A DNA stretch of 64,000 nt from Octopus sinensis (Eukaryota): the NCBI RefSeq assembly GCF_006345805.1, contig NW_021832412.1, positions 1 through 64,000 of the forward strand, written 5' to 3'. Each line of letters starts with the position of its first letter. Position 1 is the first letter of the stretch. The notes under the pieces were generated by a model. That model was given only the letters and a program-made list of their open reading frames with translations. It made no database searches and was not told the origin of the DNA. Positions 28,875 through 41,539 of the stretch are shown here, piece after piece. A program made the position numbers and the translations under genes.

Positions 28875-30819
28875 CGTATGTATGTGTATCATACTAAGTG
28901 AAATATAAACATATTGCATAGAAATAAATGATTTTGGCAAAGGTCATATTTTCTCGTGGAATTGTGTGTTATATGTCACCAAATACAAAGTAAAGTTTAT
29001 TCACAATATCTGGAACGAAGCACCATTTTTTCAGTTGATATTCCATACCCTAATTATATTTTGGATTTTTAATCTATTTTAACTCATTTGAGAAAAACCA
29101 ATAATTATTTTTCAAAATGTCAATTTTATCCTCTAATTGCAACATTTGCTTCTTGTTCTTTGTTCATTAAGTTTCCAGTGTCTTCTTTGGAAATATACTA
29201 AGTATTCCATATATGTTATGGAATACGCGATTCATTTATTGCTAGTAATAAATATACATACACCTTTACTGTTTACATCCACATTTGAAGTGAAACTTAT
29301 TGTGTCTACATACATCTATGATAACGCGGCGAAATTTGAACTCAGAAAGGTGAAGGTGAACGAAATGCCACGAAGCATTTTGTCCGGTGTGTTAATGATC
29401 CTTCCATCTCACCACCTTTACACAGTATTTGATGATATTGATGATTTCCAACAATGGCGCTTAGAACATTTTAATGAGAGATAAGGCGTGTGTGCTTAAC
29501 TGTATGCCGAGCTCCATCCCGGAAAGGTAAACTTAATGGCGGCCATATTTGAATTGAGAAAATATAAAATGTCGTTCAGAAATCCTCGGACAAATCAACA
29601 TTTTATCATTCACTCTTTTGTGTTCTCCGCTCACCGCTCGTTAAACATCTAATAAACATAGATATAACCTATGTTTCTAGTCAACAGTCCTCACTCTGTA
29701 CTCCTATAAAACAGTTTAGTTATTCTCTCGTGTAAAACCGAATAACAATTACTATAACAACAATAGAAACTGCAAGGAGCGGAAGTGAGGGAATGATGGG
29801 AAATGGGTGGTGTGTGTGTTGTGATGATAGCGTTGGCGTTCATGTCGGAGCGTTTGGATATTGAATTATTCAGTCTGTGGAATAATTCCTCAAAGAATCA
29901 TGGCTCAGTTCTACAAAAGACACCAACAAAGCCGAACACAAACGAATGCTTCAGACGGTGTTTTGTTTCTTTTTATTTTTGGTTTTTTATGTCGCTATTT
30001 GAACATGTATGTGCATGTGTGTGTGTATGTCTGCATGTGTGTGTGCGTGCGTGTGTGTGTATGTGCGTGTATGTGTTTGTTCATGTCTATATATTCATTT
30101 GTTGGCTTTATACGTACGTGTGCGTTTGTGTGTGTATGTGTGCATATGCTTTGTTATGCTTGCATATGTATTTGTGTGGTCATGTATGTATACGTGTTAT
30201 ACAGAATTGGTCAGTTTGATGTCGATAAGTATGAAGATGTAAAAGAAGAATGGGAAATAAGATCAGTCTCTAGTATTATATGCACGTGTGATAGTCATAA
30301 TAAAGAAAAATAAACAACCAGCTTGACCTATATTATCACCTTATCACCTTTATCGCTGGCAAAAGCTGTTTGGTGAGGCTTAACCAACATCAATATACAA
30401 ACTTTGTTTCATAGAAGAGCGTCTATCCTATGGAAATAATAAAACTAAATCAAATATTGTAAATAGTTCAAAGACGCCATCTGCATGACAAACAATAGTT
30501 AAGTTAACGGTAACATATTTAATGCCGAGTGCATAAAAAAAGCGAACCGGGCGTAATTATACGGTATTCTCTAAACAGTTCTGTTTCTCTAAACCAACCA
30601 GTTAAACTTGTTATGTTTATATGTCTATTATATAAGTTATATATATTATCTCATACCCTGATACTGTATGGACTGCGATCTCCGTTGACAGATCGCTGAT
30701 ATTAAATAAAGTGATAAAAAGTATGCAAATTAATCGATTCGTTTCCCTGAAGCTAGTGGACTTGTGTATATAAACAGATTGGCTGTTTTTTCTCTGCGAT
30801 TGGTTAAATTGATACAGAC

Positions 30820-30862
30820 GCCTCTGATGAGAGCTCAATAAGGTTCGAAAACCGATTAAGGC
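30820..30862 (+). ncRNA. Minimal type I hammerhead motif
   Basis: gcct-CTGATGA-gagct..ggttc-GAAA-accgat-TA-aggc. Confidence 0.55.
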
Positions 30863-30910
30863 TGTTCGTCGTTTTTTACCATCAACGGAAAAACTGTTAA
30901 ATTGGCCATA

Positions 30911-31015
30911 TTTAAAATTTTACCTGATGATGGTGGATTATATATTGTTATGTAATCTTTTATGATTGCATTAAATAAATAAAATCCTGCCGAAACAGCT
31001 GTCGTAAATTTTAAA
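30911..31015 (+). ncRNA. Type I hammerhead motif with extended stem II
   Basis: tttaaaattttac-CTGATGA-...ggatt/aatcc...-GAAA-cagctg-TC-gtaaattttaaa. Confidence 0.65.
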
Positions 31016-31569
31016 CGTCATTTGTATTTATATCTTATATTTGCTGCATAGGTTACATATATATGATATAGTCTTGTATGTTTAAACAATAATTTTTCAG
31101 TGAATACGAGAAAGTATCGACTTTGCGGAAGAGGGCATAATAAGACTGAAACATGTTGCGAATTGGTAGAGTTGTTAGGGTATAGAACAAAACATCTGGT
31201 ATTTGTTCCGGTTTTCTGTACCCTGTTTTCAAATCCCTCCGCCTTTCTTCCTTTCTGGTTCGATAAAATACACACAGATCGAGGATGGGGAATTGACAGA
31301 AATGTAGTGAGTGCTTTGTGGTATCTGTTCGGGATCTTTCTATTACGAGTTGTTGAGAAGTGGACTTCATCTACCGCTCGGTTTAACGCCACATTTTAAT
31401 ATTTTAACCAAACGCCATTTAGTAGAAAAATGTTAAGGCCAGATCTTCACTTTAACAGAAACTTTCCTTCTTTCTACTGCTGATCTTGAACGCCCTAAAA
31501 ACCATATTCCGTTGGCGCTGCCCTTTCGTCTTAACAAAACGGTGCAAATAGAATGCATAATATTATTTC

Positions 31570-31780
31570 TTATTTGAGCACAAAGCCTAATAATACTTGA
31601 TGGGAGTGGGTTATTTGATTACATCAAACCTAGTGCTCGACTATTACTTTTGATCGACCCCTAAAGGATGTAAGGCAAAGCCAACCTCGGCGGAATTTGA
31701 ACTCAGAACGTAAAGCCGGAAGAAATGCCGCTAAACAACTTGTCCGACGCACCAAAATTCTGCCAACTGGCCACCTTAAT
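31570..31780 (-). mobile_element. SINE family A, older copy
   Basis: ctcggcggaatttgaactcagaacgtaaag. Confidence 0.75.
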
Positions 31781-32472
31781 AATTTTGTGGGGGAAGGGAC
31801 AGTAATTTCAGAGGGAGGAGGGTACTCGATTACATCGACCCTAATACTTGAAGGGGCCTAATAGCATCGAAATAATAATGAAAGGTAAAGTTAACCTCTG
31901 CGAATTTGAACTGCGCATGTTAAGACCCAAATGATAAAATATACATCACCAATTAATTAGTATTGTTTGTTTTTTTTCCTTCTCCGTGTAATGATTTCTA
32001 ATTAAATATTGATCTTATCAAATGTATAAACACAAATTTAATTATAGTTTGACAACAGACCATCTTTCACGTATGATAGACATCATAAAAAAATTACTCA
32101 TTCCCTTGGTGAAAGTTATCTGATACATCGTTAGACATAACATAAAATGATGTAATAACACAATCGATAGCAGTCTGTATACTGCTGCTGTTACAAGACA
32201 CAAGACTCGTATTATAGCTTATATATAACACCAATGTTATCTATAGGACATAAGACTAATATTAGATATACACCAGTGTTATACACGGAAGGTAATAAGA
32301 CCAGTGGGTCCGGTCAATGAAATAAGCCACATAAATAAAATACAATACTGTCAAAAATCTCAACAGTCTCAACCAAAGAATCAAACACATTGGTAGCGTT
32401 ATATAGGATGTAAGATGAGCAATAAATCCAAAGACCATGTACCTGTTATTAAGTAACTTACTTAAATGTATG

Positions 32473-32836
32473 TGGAAGCGGAATGGCTCAGTGGTTAGGG
32501 CATAGGATCGCGGTTTCGATTCTCAGACGGGGCTTTGTGCGTGTTTATTGAGCGAAAACACATAATGCTCCACGTGGCTCCGGCAGGGTGTCGTGACGAA
32601 CCCTGCTGTACTCTTTCACCACAACTTTCTCTCACTCTTTCTACGTGTTTCTGTTGTACCTGTATTTCAAAGGGCCAGCCTTGTCACACTCTGTGTCACG
32701 CTGAATCTCCCCGAGAACTACGTTAAGGGTACACGTGTCTGTGGAGTGCTCAGCCACTTACACGTTAATTTGACGAGCAGGCAGTTCTGTTGATTGGATC
32801 AACTGGAACCCTCGTCGTCGTAACCGACGGAGTGCC
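32473..32836 (+). mobile_element. tRNA-derived SINE family C with a 13-bp TSD
   Basis: A box tggctcagtggttagg, B box ggtttcgattc, TSD acttaaatgtatg (32460-72 / 32837-49). Confidence 0.9.
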
Positions 32837-32860
32837 ACTTAAATGTATGGAACTTTAAGA

Positions 32861-33145
32861 CAATGGGTCTCAAACCTTTTCCCCCTATCGAGCCATTTTC
32901 TCCCTATTTTACTCTGCTGGACCCTCAAAGCCATTTGATGCCCCAAAAATCCTATTATATTTTTATAATTCGATATTGATCGGAATTATATTAAAAAAAC
33001 CTGTTAAAATATTTCGTGTATTGTACATGTATAATTAATTAATTGTACATAATTTTTAACAACAAAATCACGTATGGACACCACGCCCCACCCAACGGCC
33101 ATGTGGACCCCTAAAGGTCATATGAACCCCGGTTGAGAACCACAG
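32861..33145. mobile_element. hAT (Charlie-like) MITE, degenerate
   Basis: Ends caatgggtctcaaacc ... ggttgagaaccacag resemble CAGTGGTTCTCAACC TIRs. No clear TSD. Confidence 0.55.
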
Positions 33146-33419
33146 ATTTCTTGAATGGAAATAAATAATTATAAAGCAATAACCTTGAATGGTGTTGTAT
33201 ACTAGCGAAACAACAATATTAACGAACTAGTAATTAACTCCGGGATCGTTTCTAAGCCACAATTTTTATGCCTGGAATGAAAAAAATAAAGCATCTGGAT
33301 AAAAATATAAAGTGTTCCTATTTTGAGGTTTGAAACCAATTGTTGATGAACCTCGATACTCCTCTAAAACTGCTGAATCAAGGAGTAGAGGTTAAAACTC
33401 TGAGTACCAGCAAAAGATC

Positions 33420-34263
33420 ATGCATAGTTATGTTTGCTGAAACCTAGGAATGGTGAAATATAAAGACAGGAAGCGCAGCATCTATTAGTCACGTAACTGT
33501 TGCAACACGTCACAAGGTTTCCAACAACAGGCAGCCAGAACACGTGTGTTGAATATAGGAGGCAGCGAAGACCTTAAAGCACTAAGATACGATCTAAAAT
33601 ATCGATTATGCCAGTCAATATATCGACGCCATTAAACATCTGATCAGCAGCTACCCCAAAATGTCACACAGGAAACATTCCCATCAAATGTAAACATAAC
33701 TGGCCAGATATTGTTTGGGAGAGACAAGAAAATGTGCGTACCATCTTCTGGCGTGAATAACTCTTTGAAAATCAAAGAGGAAGATAATACCTATTTCTTT
33801 ACTACCCACAAGGGGCTAAACACAGAGAGGACAAACAAGGACAGGCAGACGGATTAAGTCGATTATATCGACCCCGGTGCGTAACTGGTACTTAATTAAT
33901 TGACCCCGAAAGGATGAAAGGCAAAGCGACCTCGGCGGAATTTAAACTCAGAACGTAGCGGAAGACGAAATACCGCAAAGCATTTCGCCCAGCATGCTAA
34001 CGTTTCTGCCAGCTCGCCGCCTACAAGAGGAAGATAATACCGATGGACAACTGCTTCGAACCCTCCAGCTGATATATCCAGATTGTAAATTTAGGACAAT
34101 AATGTTGGGTGCGCTTGGTACTGTGGATAAATGCTTACGTGACAATCGAGGTAAGTTAGGGTATTCAGAAAACGAAATCAACCTCCTGTGTCGCACATTA
34201 TGAATACAATCTGTAAGTGGAACAGTAAAAATATGCAAGACTTTTCTCAGGTTTAAAATGTGA
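33420..34263 (+). mobile_element. Decayed R4/Dong-type LINE 3' end interrupted by a SINE
   Basis: KCKHNWPDIVW...GQLLRTLQLIYPD...IMLGALGTV...IQSVSGTVKICKTFLRFKM*. Confidence 0.8.
33792..34024 (-). mobile_element. SINE family A (young) with a 17-bp TSD
   Basis: TSD aagaggaagataatacc (33775-91 / 34025-41). Confidence 0.92.
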
Positions 34264-34401
34264 AATTGTTTTTGTTGTTTACATTCGAACGATGGAGCTT
34301 TATATCTTTGTTGAAAACCAGTTCCTTCTTCAGAGGAAGAATTTAAATGATTAAGAACAGAAGCGAGCATACATCTATCCATACATACATACATACATAC
34401 A

Positions 34402-34435
<34 letters not shown>

Positions 34436-34707
34436 CATACTTACATACATACATGCACGTATACAGGCATACATACACGCATGCGTACTTACAGACATAT
34501 ATACATGCACGCATACATACATACATAATACATACATACATACATACATACATACATACATGAATACGTACATACATACATACATATTACCAATAACGAC
34601 TCGTAAACACACATATATACCTACGAACATTAATGTGGGTATACGTGCCACATATGCACACATGGCGGCACCATACACCCAATGTATACATATATATATA
34701 TATATCC

Positions 34708-34764
<57 letters not shown>

Positions 34765-35268
34765 TTTATAAATACATACATATATATATAGTCTCATTCA
34801 TACACACACAAACATATACGAGTACATAAATAATGCTTTTGGAAATTATTAATTACAACATTAAAAGTCTAGTAGAATGCGAATGTATACAGGCAATTAT
34901 TCTCTCGTTTACGACACCAACTTCCAGAGAAGAGTTTTGCATTCAATTCTTTGACAAACTGCATTATATTCACTGAACTTCGCCATTTCATTCCAATCTG
35001 GTAAAATTCTAAAGACACAAACACTGGCTCACGCACACACATACACATACACACACACACATATATATGTATGGGAATCGCTCTGACCCCATCAGAGATA
35101 GGAGATTTCTCAATTTCAAAAGTCTTTTATTATTGCGTGAATTCGAACAATGGATGTTTTGTAGCAAATGGACACTGATACGTATTTTCATTATTGGAGA
35201 ATATATATCGCCATAAATAATCATTATGATATATTAAAACACTACTACTACTGCTACTACTACTACCT

Positions 35269-35308
<40 letters not shown>

Positions 35309-35820
35309 AACTATTACTACAACTACCACTACCACTACTACTACTACTACCACTACCACTACTACTACTACTCAAATGATTAGACAGTATCGCAATTATA
35401 CATACATGCATAGAAGTATGCATATACATAGACAAACGCATATATATTTAAAATATTAGACATACCACATATGCACACGTATGTATTATCACACGTATAC
35501 AAACACATACACACACGCGCGCGCATACGCGATATTCGGGTGCGGAGATGGAGGTTCATTCACAGCATTACATTGCGTACATATATTTGGATTTACGCAC
35601 GCATGCAAAATATATAGGAATACCTATAAGGAGTTATGCATTTCCATACGCAGGTCCCTACACGTACAAATGCATAGGCAACAACATCACCCCTACATAT
35701 ATTTTTACTTTGATTTTTATTCTCTTATTTCCTTTTATACTTCCTATATCCATCATTTTCCAAAATAACTCCTTATATTGAACTCTACTATTTGCCTCTA
35801 GTTAACTCTCTCATACCTAC

Positions 35821-36049
35821 ATCTTTACTACCCACAAGGGGCTAAACACAGAGAGGACAAACAAGAACAGACAAACGGATTAAGTCGATTATATCGACCC
35901 CCAGTGCGTAACTGGTACTTATTTAATCGACCCCGAAAGGATGAAAGGCAAAGTCGACCTCGGCGGAATTTGAACTCAGAACGTAACGGCAGACGAAATA
36001 CTGCAAAGCATCTCGCCCGGCGTGCTAACGATTCTGCCAGCTCGCCGCC
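35821..36049 (-). mobile_element. SINE family A (young)
   Basis: Full-length, imperfect TSD taactctc(tc)tcata. Confidence 0.9.
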
Positions 36050-36069
36050 CTATAACTCTCTCTCATATC

Positions 36070-36117
36070 GTCTCTGATGAAGGGTTATCCCTAATATCCC
36101 AGAAACAGCTGGAAGAC
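36070..36117 (+). ncRNA. Minimal hammerhead motif (cleavage site mutated) in a Penelope-like remnant
   Basis: gtct-CTGATGA-aggg..atatccc-a-GAAA-cagctg-GA-agac. Confidence 0.55.
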
Positions 36118-36210
36118 TACCTTTCTCTTTATAGATGTTCTATAAATTCCACACAGACTTGGCTTTGTCGTCTCATTTTATTTAACACACACACACACAT
36201 ATAGTAGTAG

Positions 36211-36460
36211 GAGCACTCCGTCGGTTACGACGATGAGGGTCCCAGCTGATACGATCAACGGAACAGCTTGCTCGTGGAATTAACATGCAAGTGGCTGAGC
36301 ACTCCACAGACACGTGTACCCTTAACGTAGTTCTCGAGGAGATTCAGCGCGACACAGAGTGTGACAAGGCTGGCCCTTTGAAATACAGGTACAACAGAAA
36401 CAGGAAGAAAGAGTGAGAGAAAGTTGTGGTGAAAGAGTACAGCAGGGTTCACCACCACCC
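36211..36460 (-). mobile_element. SINE family C, 5'-truncated
   Basis: Reverse complement of the 3' two-thirds of 32473-32836. Confidence 0.88.
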
Positions 36461-36676
36461 GCATTAAAGGGCACTACTTCCATATATGGAAGAAGCTATA
36501 CCAGTTTCATACAGAGAGTATTTCACGGTTGGTTGGGGCGTGGTTTCTTATCGGATAGCATATTCGAGAAATGTTTTCTAACCATTCATGCAGGAGAAAC
36601 AATGTATTAGCAGTTGCATTTCCTCGATAGAAACCACGTAGAAGTAAACTTATTATTATTATTACTAGTAGTAGTA

Positions 36677-36720
<44 letters not shown>

Positions 36721-37168
36721 TAGTAGTAGTAGTATATCTAGAAGAAGCAACTTTGTAACTCAAGGTTCAAGAGTTTCGTGCGTTAGCACTTTTGCAACAC
36801 AATACCTGGACATATATATATATATATATATATATACAAGAGAGACATAACTGTATATGTGTGTGTGTATGTATAAATATGTATGTATGTATACAAGAGT
36901 AACGTAGTTTGCATGAAGCATTGTCTGATATATAAATGCTGTTTAACTTGCATTGGTTTTGGTTAAAAAAATTAAAAACCTTTATGTGTATGCGTGTGTA
37001 GGTTCGTATGTACTGGCGTTTAACCGTTTACGAGTTATTGAACTGTAACCGACCAAATATACGTGTGTGTGTGTGCGTAGACACATATCGATTATAGGTG
37101 AATGTTGTAAACGTGTCTACTTTAAAACAAGATCCAACAAATATGAAGTTGTCTAATTTAAAGTTCGT

Positions 37169-37225
<57 letters not shown>

Positions 37226-37226
37226 G

Positions 37227-37259
<33 letters not shown>

Positions 37260-37272
37260 ATGTATATATATA

Positions 37273-37311
<39 letters not shown>

Positions 37312-38604
37312 TATATATCTCTATATATATATACACATATATATATACATATATATAAACATATAGATATGTATATATATATATATATTATATATATATA
37401 TATCATATATGTATATTTATATACGTGTATCTGCACCTTGTGTCGGCTGTCAGAGCATCAGGATGCAATTATTTCTGCAAGTGGACTGCAAGAATCACTT
37501 TTCAGGTTTTAACTCGGTTGATCTTTCTACTTTGAGAAACTGCTAGACGGCCATTGCAATATTTGACTCTCGTGACATTCAGCCAGTGTGCAGACGATCT
37601 CTCCAGACGTAACTGATGCAGAATAAGTTAGCAGATGATATATCCAGACGTAACTGATGCAGAATAAGTGGTCCGTTTTTGTCTGTGAGATTCGGTCAGT
37701 TCGTTAAGAAACAAAAGCTCTTAGCAAAAGTGACAGGGGTGAAATAACTAGTACGACTGTGTGAAATAATGGCGAAACTATGTAGGTAGAGAAACGGTGG
37801 CGGTTTTATGGAGGGCTAGTGGTGGTTTTAGTGATGGCGGCGGCGCGGTGGTGGTGATGGTGGTGGTAGTGGTTGTTGTTTTTGTTGTTGGTGGTGGTGA
37901 TGGTGGTGGTGGCTGTGATGGTAACGGTGGCGGCATGATATTGCGATGCTAATGGTGAGTAGGTTGTCGCGTAAACAGCGGTGTGTGGTTGAAGTCAATG
38001 GTCTCAGTGGTAGTGGTGGTGGTGGTGGTGGTGGCGGCGGTGGTGGTGGTGGTGGCGGCGGTGGTGGTGGTGTTGGAGGTCATGGTAATGGTGGTGGGGA
38101 ACAAAGCGAACTTCCTGAAGTTTGCTTCTCCAATGGTATTGATGGTGGCGATTGTTGGTAGAAGCAGAGTTGATATTTGCAGTGGCAAAAATCTGCAACA
38201 GACGTGAGGGAGAGAATGCTTTTGGAGTTCGATGTGACGGAACTGATGCAAGCGTTGGATGTATGGTTAAGATGTCTGTTTCACAACCAGGCGGTTCCAG
38301 GTTCGATCCCATTGTGCAGCTGTTTGGGAAAAAGGTTTCTACCGTAGAGTCGATTTTTATCAATGTCTTGCGAATGGAAATTTGCGAGACGGAAGCCTTT
38401 ATATGGATGGACATACAGACAGACACACATTGACATGTGTTAGCGTTGTTCGGCGGCGGGAGGACAGTAATGCTGTTTGTGGTTGATCATGTTTTCTCCT
38501 TTTACGCCAATATCCCTTTTATAATACAGGAGCAAATGAAAGTGGGGCCCCTACATAGGGCTATGTAGCCCTTACGGTGTAATAAACGAAACTAGTAAAA
38601 TGAT

Positions 38605-38687
<83 letters not shown>

Positions 38688-38710
38688 TATATATATATAT
38701 ATATATATAT

Positions 38711-39037
38711 GGCGTGGCTGTGTGGTAAGAAGCTTCCAAGTACATGGTTCCGGGTCAGTCCCACTGCGTGACACCATGGGCAAGTGTCTTCTACTTATAA
38801 CCCTGGTCTGACGAAAGCCTTGTGAGTGGTTTTGGTAGACGCTCGCCATATAACAGAAGAAGTGAGAGAAAGTTTTGGTGAAATAGTACAGCAGGTTCAC
38901 CACCATCCCCTGCTGGAGTCTCGTAGAGCTTTAGGTGTTTTCGCTCAACGAACACTCACAACGCCCAGTCTGTGAATCGAAACCGCGATCCTATGACCGC
39001 GAGTCTGCTGCCCTAACCACTGGGCCATTGCGCCTCC
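38711..39037. mobile_element. SINE B 5' part (+) fused tail-to-tail with SINE C 5' part (-)
   Basis: 38711-38845 is a B head. 38850-39037 is the reverse complement of a C head. Confidence 0.8.
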
Positions 39038-39438
39038 ATAAGATAATATAGTCGTGATGTAGTCACTGTTTGATCAAAATATGGGATAGTCACGAGAATG
39101 TTAGCGTTTGCTAAATTATTAATTAATCTAGCAAAACCAAATAAAATTTCAAAAAAATATTTCGTGGTACTTGGGAATACGTTTGTATAATTTATTTCGG
39201 CCTGACATTGCCAATTCTATTTTTTCGCCCATTAATCATTAATTCTATATAAACACTATTGTGAGATTATTGGCGAGATTATTATGTTTTTATTCGACGA
39301 AGAGCGTCTTGTGTTATTGAAATGTGTAAAGAACAAATGGCGTCACGAGGCTAATCTTGTTAAAACGAGAACTGAAACATCTATTCCTGTAGTCTGATGA
39401 TAATAAAATATAGGATTTAGATAGATGCGATTTCCGTA

Positions 39439-39894
39439 TGCGTGGCTGCGTGGTAAGTAGCTTGCTTGCCGACCACACGGTTCTAGGCTCAGTCTTACAG
39501 CGTGGCATCTTGGACAAATGTCTTCTACTATATATTTCTTTACTACCCACAAGGGGCTAAACATAGAGGGGACAAACAAGGACAGACAAAGGGATTAAGT
39601 CGATTACATCGACCCAGTGCGAAACTGGTACTTTATTTATCGACCCCGAGAGGATGAAAGGCAAAGTCGACCTCGGCGGAATTTGAACTCAGAACGTAAC
39701 GACAGACGAAATACCGCTAAGCATTTCGTCCGGCGCACTAACGTTTCTGCCAGCTCGCCGCCTTTGTCTTCTACTGTAGCCTCGGGCCCTCCAAAGCCTT
39801 TTGAGTGGATTTGGTAGACTGAAAGAAGCCCGTTGTGTATATGTGTGTGTGCGTGCGTGCGTGTGTGTGTGTGTGTGTATGTGTGTGTGTGTGT

Positions 39895-39945
<51 letters not shown>

Positions 39946-40075
39946 CCACCTCTGCTCGACAACCGGTGTTAGTTCCTTTGCTTACGCCTCCTTAATCTAG
40001 CAATTCAGCAAAAAGTAACCGATAGAATAAGTACCAGGCTTAGAAACGTGAGTGCTGGGGCCAATTGGTTCGACT
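39439..40075 (+). mobile_element. SINE family B hosting a nested SINE A
   Basis: Head gcgtggctgcgtggtaag. Split at tgtcttctact. Confidence 0.85.
39533..39763 (-). mobile_element. SINE family A (young) nested in SINE B
   Basis: TSD tgtcttctact on both sides. Confidence 0.9.
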
Positions 40076-40077
40076 CA

Positions 40078-40126
<49 letters not shown>

Positions 40127-40472
40127 TATATATTGAAATACAAAATAAAAACACAAACCATCCACTGGTATTATTCCATCTGAGGCTGCAAAGTGACAGA
40201 ATTGTTACTGCACCGGATAAAATGCTTAGCGGCATTTCTTCCGGTTTTCCGTTCTGAGATATTGCTGCTGAGTTTGACTTTGCCTTTCGCCCTTTCAGGA
40301 TCGTTGAAGTAAGTACCAGTCCAATACTGGAGTCGATGTAAGCGACTAACCCCCAACCCCAAAATTTCGATCTTTGCACCTACAATAGAAAGGGACAATT
40401 TCTTCTAACTTCATTATTTTTAGCTTTAAAAATTTTATATATATACATATATATACATATACATATATAATA

Positions 40473-40502
<30 letters not shown>

Positions 40503-40508
<6 letters not shown>

Positions 40509-41193
40509 TTATCGCCATACTAATATGGCATTCTTATAAAAATAAGAATAAAGCTGACCGCTATTAGCTCCATGAGGCCATCGCCTTAAGTTAGCTATTT
40601 GATACACAAACTGTATCCATATAACCTTTGAACAAGGGAGGTCAGTCGCTCCACACTACTTGGCCGGCAGCTACAGACGCGTTTCGGGGTATTGCCCCTT
40701 TTCAATGCAGCGTAGCCAGACCTGTAGGTGTCGCTTCTGACAATCTCTGTTCAAAGGTTTTATTTACCTAGCTTCGGTGGAATACATCCACTTGTTTTCA
40801 ATAATAGAAATATTAAAATTACTAAGTCTCTCTAAAAGAGAACAACGGCCGCGTTCCCGAAAATATTAGTTATCGCCATACTAATATGGCATTCTTATAA
40901 AAATAAGAATAAAGCTGACCGCTTATTAGCTCCATGAGGCCATCGCCTTAAGTTAGCTATTTGATACACAAACTGTATCCATATAACCTTTGAACAAGGG
41001 AGGTCAGTCGCTCCACCCAGTTTGTGTATCAAATAGCTAACTTAAGGCGATGGCCTCATGGAGCTAATAAGCGGTCAGCTTTATTCTTATTTTTATAAGA
41101 ATGCCATATTAGTATGGCGATAACTAATATTTTCCGGGAACGCTGCCGTTGTTCTCTTTTAGAGAGACTTAGTAATTTTAATATTTCTATTAT
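40503..41193 (-). mobile_element. Penelope-pLTR / retrozyme-like element: partial tandem (361-bp period) plus inverted copy, in (TA)n
   Basis: Direct repeat 40503-40655 / 40864-41016, inverted repeat 40801-40975 / 41018-41193, hammerhead motif at 40670-40711. Confidence 0.75.
40670..40711 (-). ncRNA. Minimal type I hammerhead with a U3-A8 variant core
   Basis: Reverse complement GCTGCA-TTGAAAA-GGGG-CAATA-CCCC-GAAA-CGCG-TC-TGTAGC. Confidence 0.7.
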
Positions 41194-41298
41194 ATATATA
41201 TATATATATATATATCAGAAAATGATTTATGCAGACTTTACTTCTCTATTTTTGCATGTGTTTTTCATATTTATTACATATTTTCTTATATTTTTCAG

Positions 41299-41397
41299 AA
41301 CGACCGTACATCTCTTCATTTAGCAGCCGACAATGGTTGTATAGAAGCTGTTCTCAAATTAATTGCCATGAAATGTGATATCCATATGAAAGACAAG
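41299..41397 (+). CDS. ANKDD1A: ANKDD1A/B-like ankyrin-repeat protein, internal exon (NDRTSLHLAADNGCIEAVLKLIAMKCDIHMKDK)
   Basis: Acceptor tttttcag, donor gtgagt, 99 nt, phase 0-0, one ankyrin repeat. Resembles the human ANKDD1A repeat ending GCDHNVKDK (recalled). Confidence 0.9.
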
Positions 41398-41539
41398 GTG
41401 AGTCGATGTCATAAGTGACCTTCCTTCATGTAATCATTTTGATCGTCTGCCATAGTCATTCCCATTTTAATGGAACTAGCGATGGCTCTCAATATGGCTA
41501 CATTTAGTTTATGGTCAATAGTACGTCAGTTTTATGTGG

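Noticed and set aside
35540-35580. FTALHCV motif resembling a missing ankyrin repeat
   Set aside because: No acceptor or donor, and the flanking residues do not fit the ankyrin consensus.
37602-37669. 27-bp direct duplication containing ctgatg (similar small duplications at 19071-19114 and 63591-63731)
   Set aside because: Simple local tandem duplications. No GAAA or stems to support a ribozyme.
38530-38570. cag|EQMKVGPLHRAM, ankyrin-like PLH motif with a small palindrome
   Set aside because: In-frame stop after 12 codons and no donor site.
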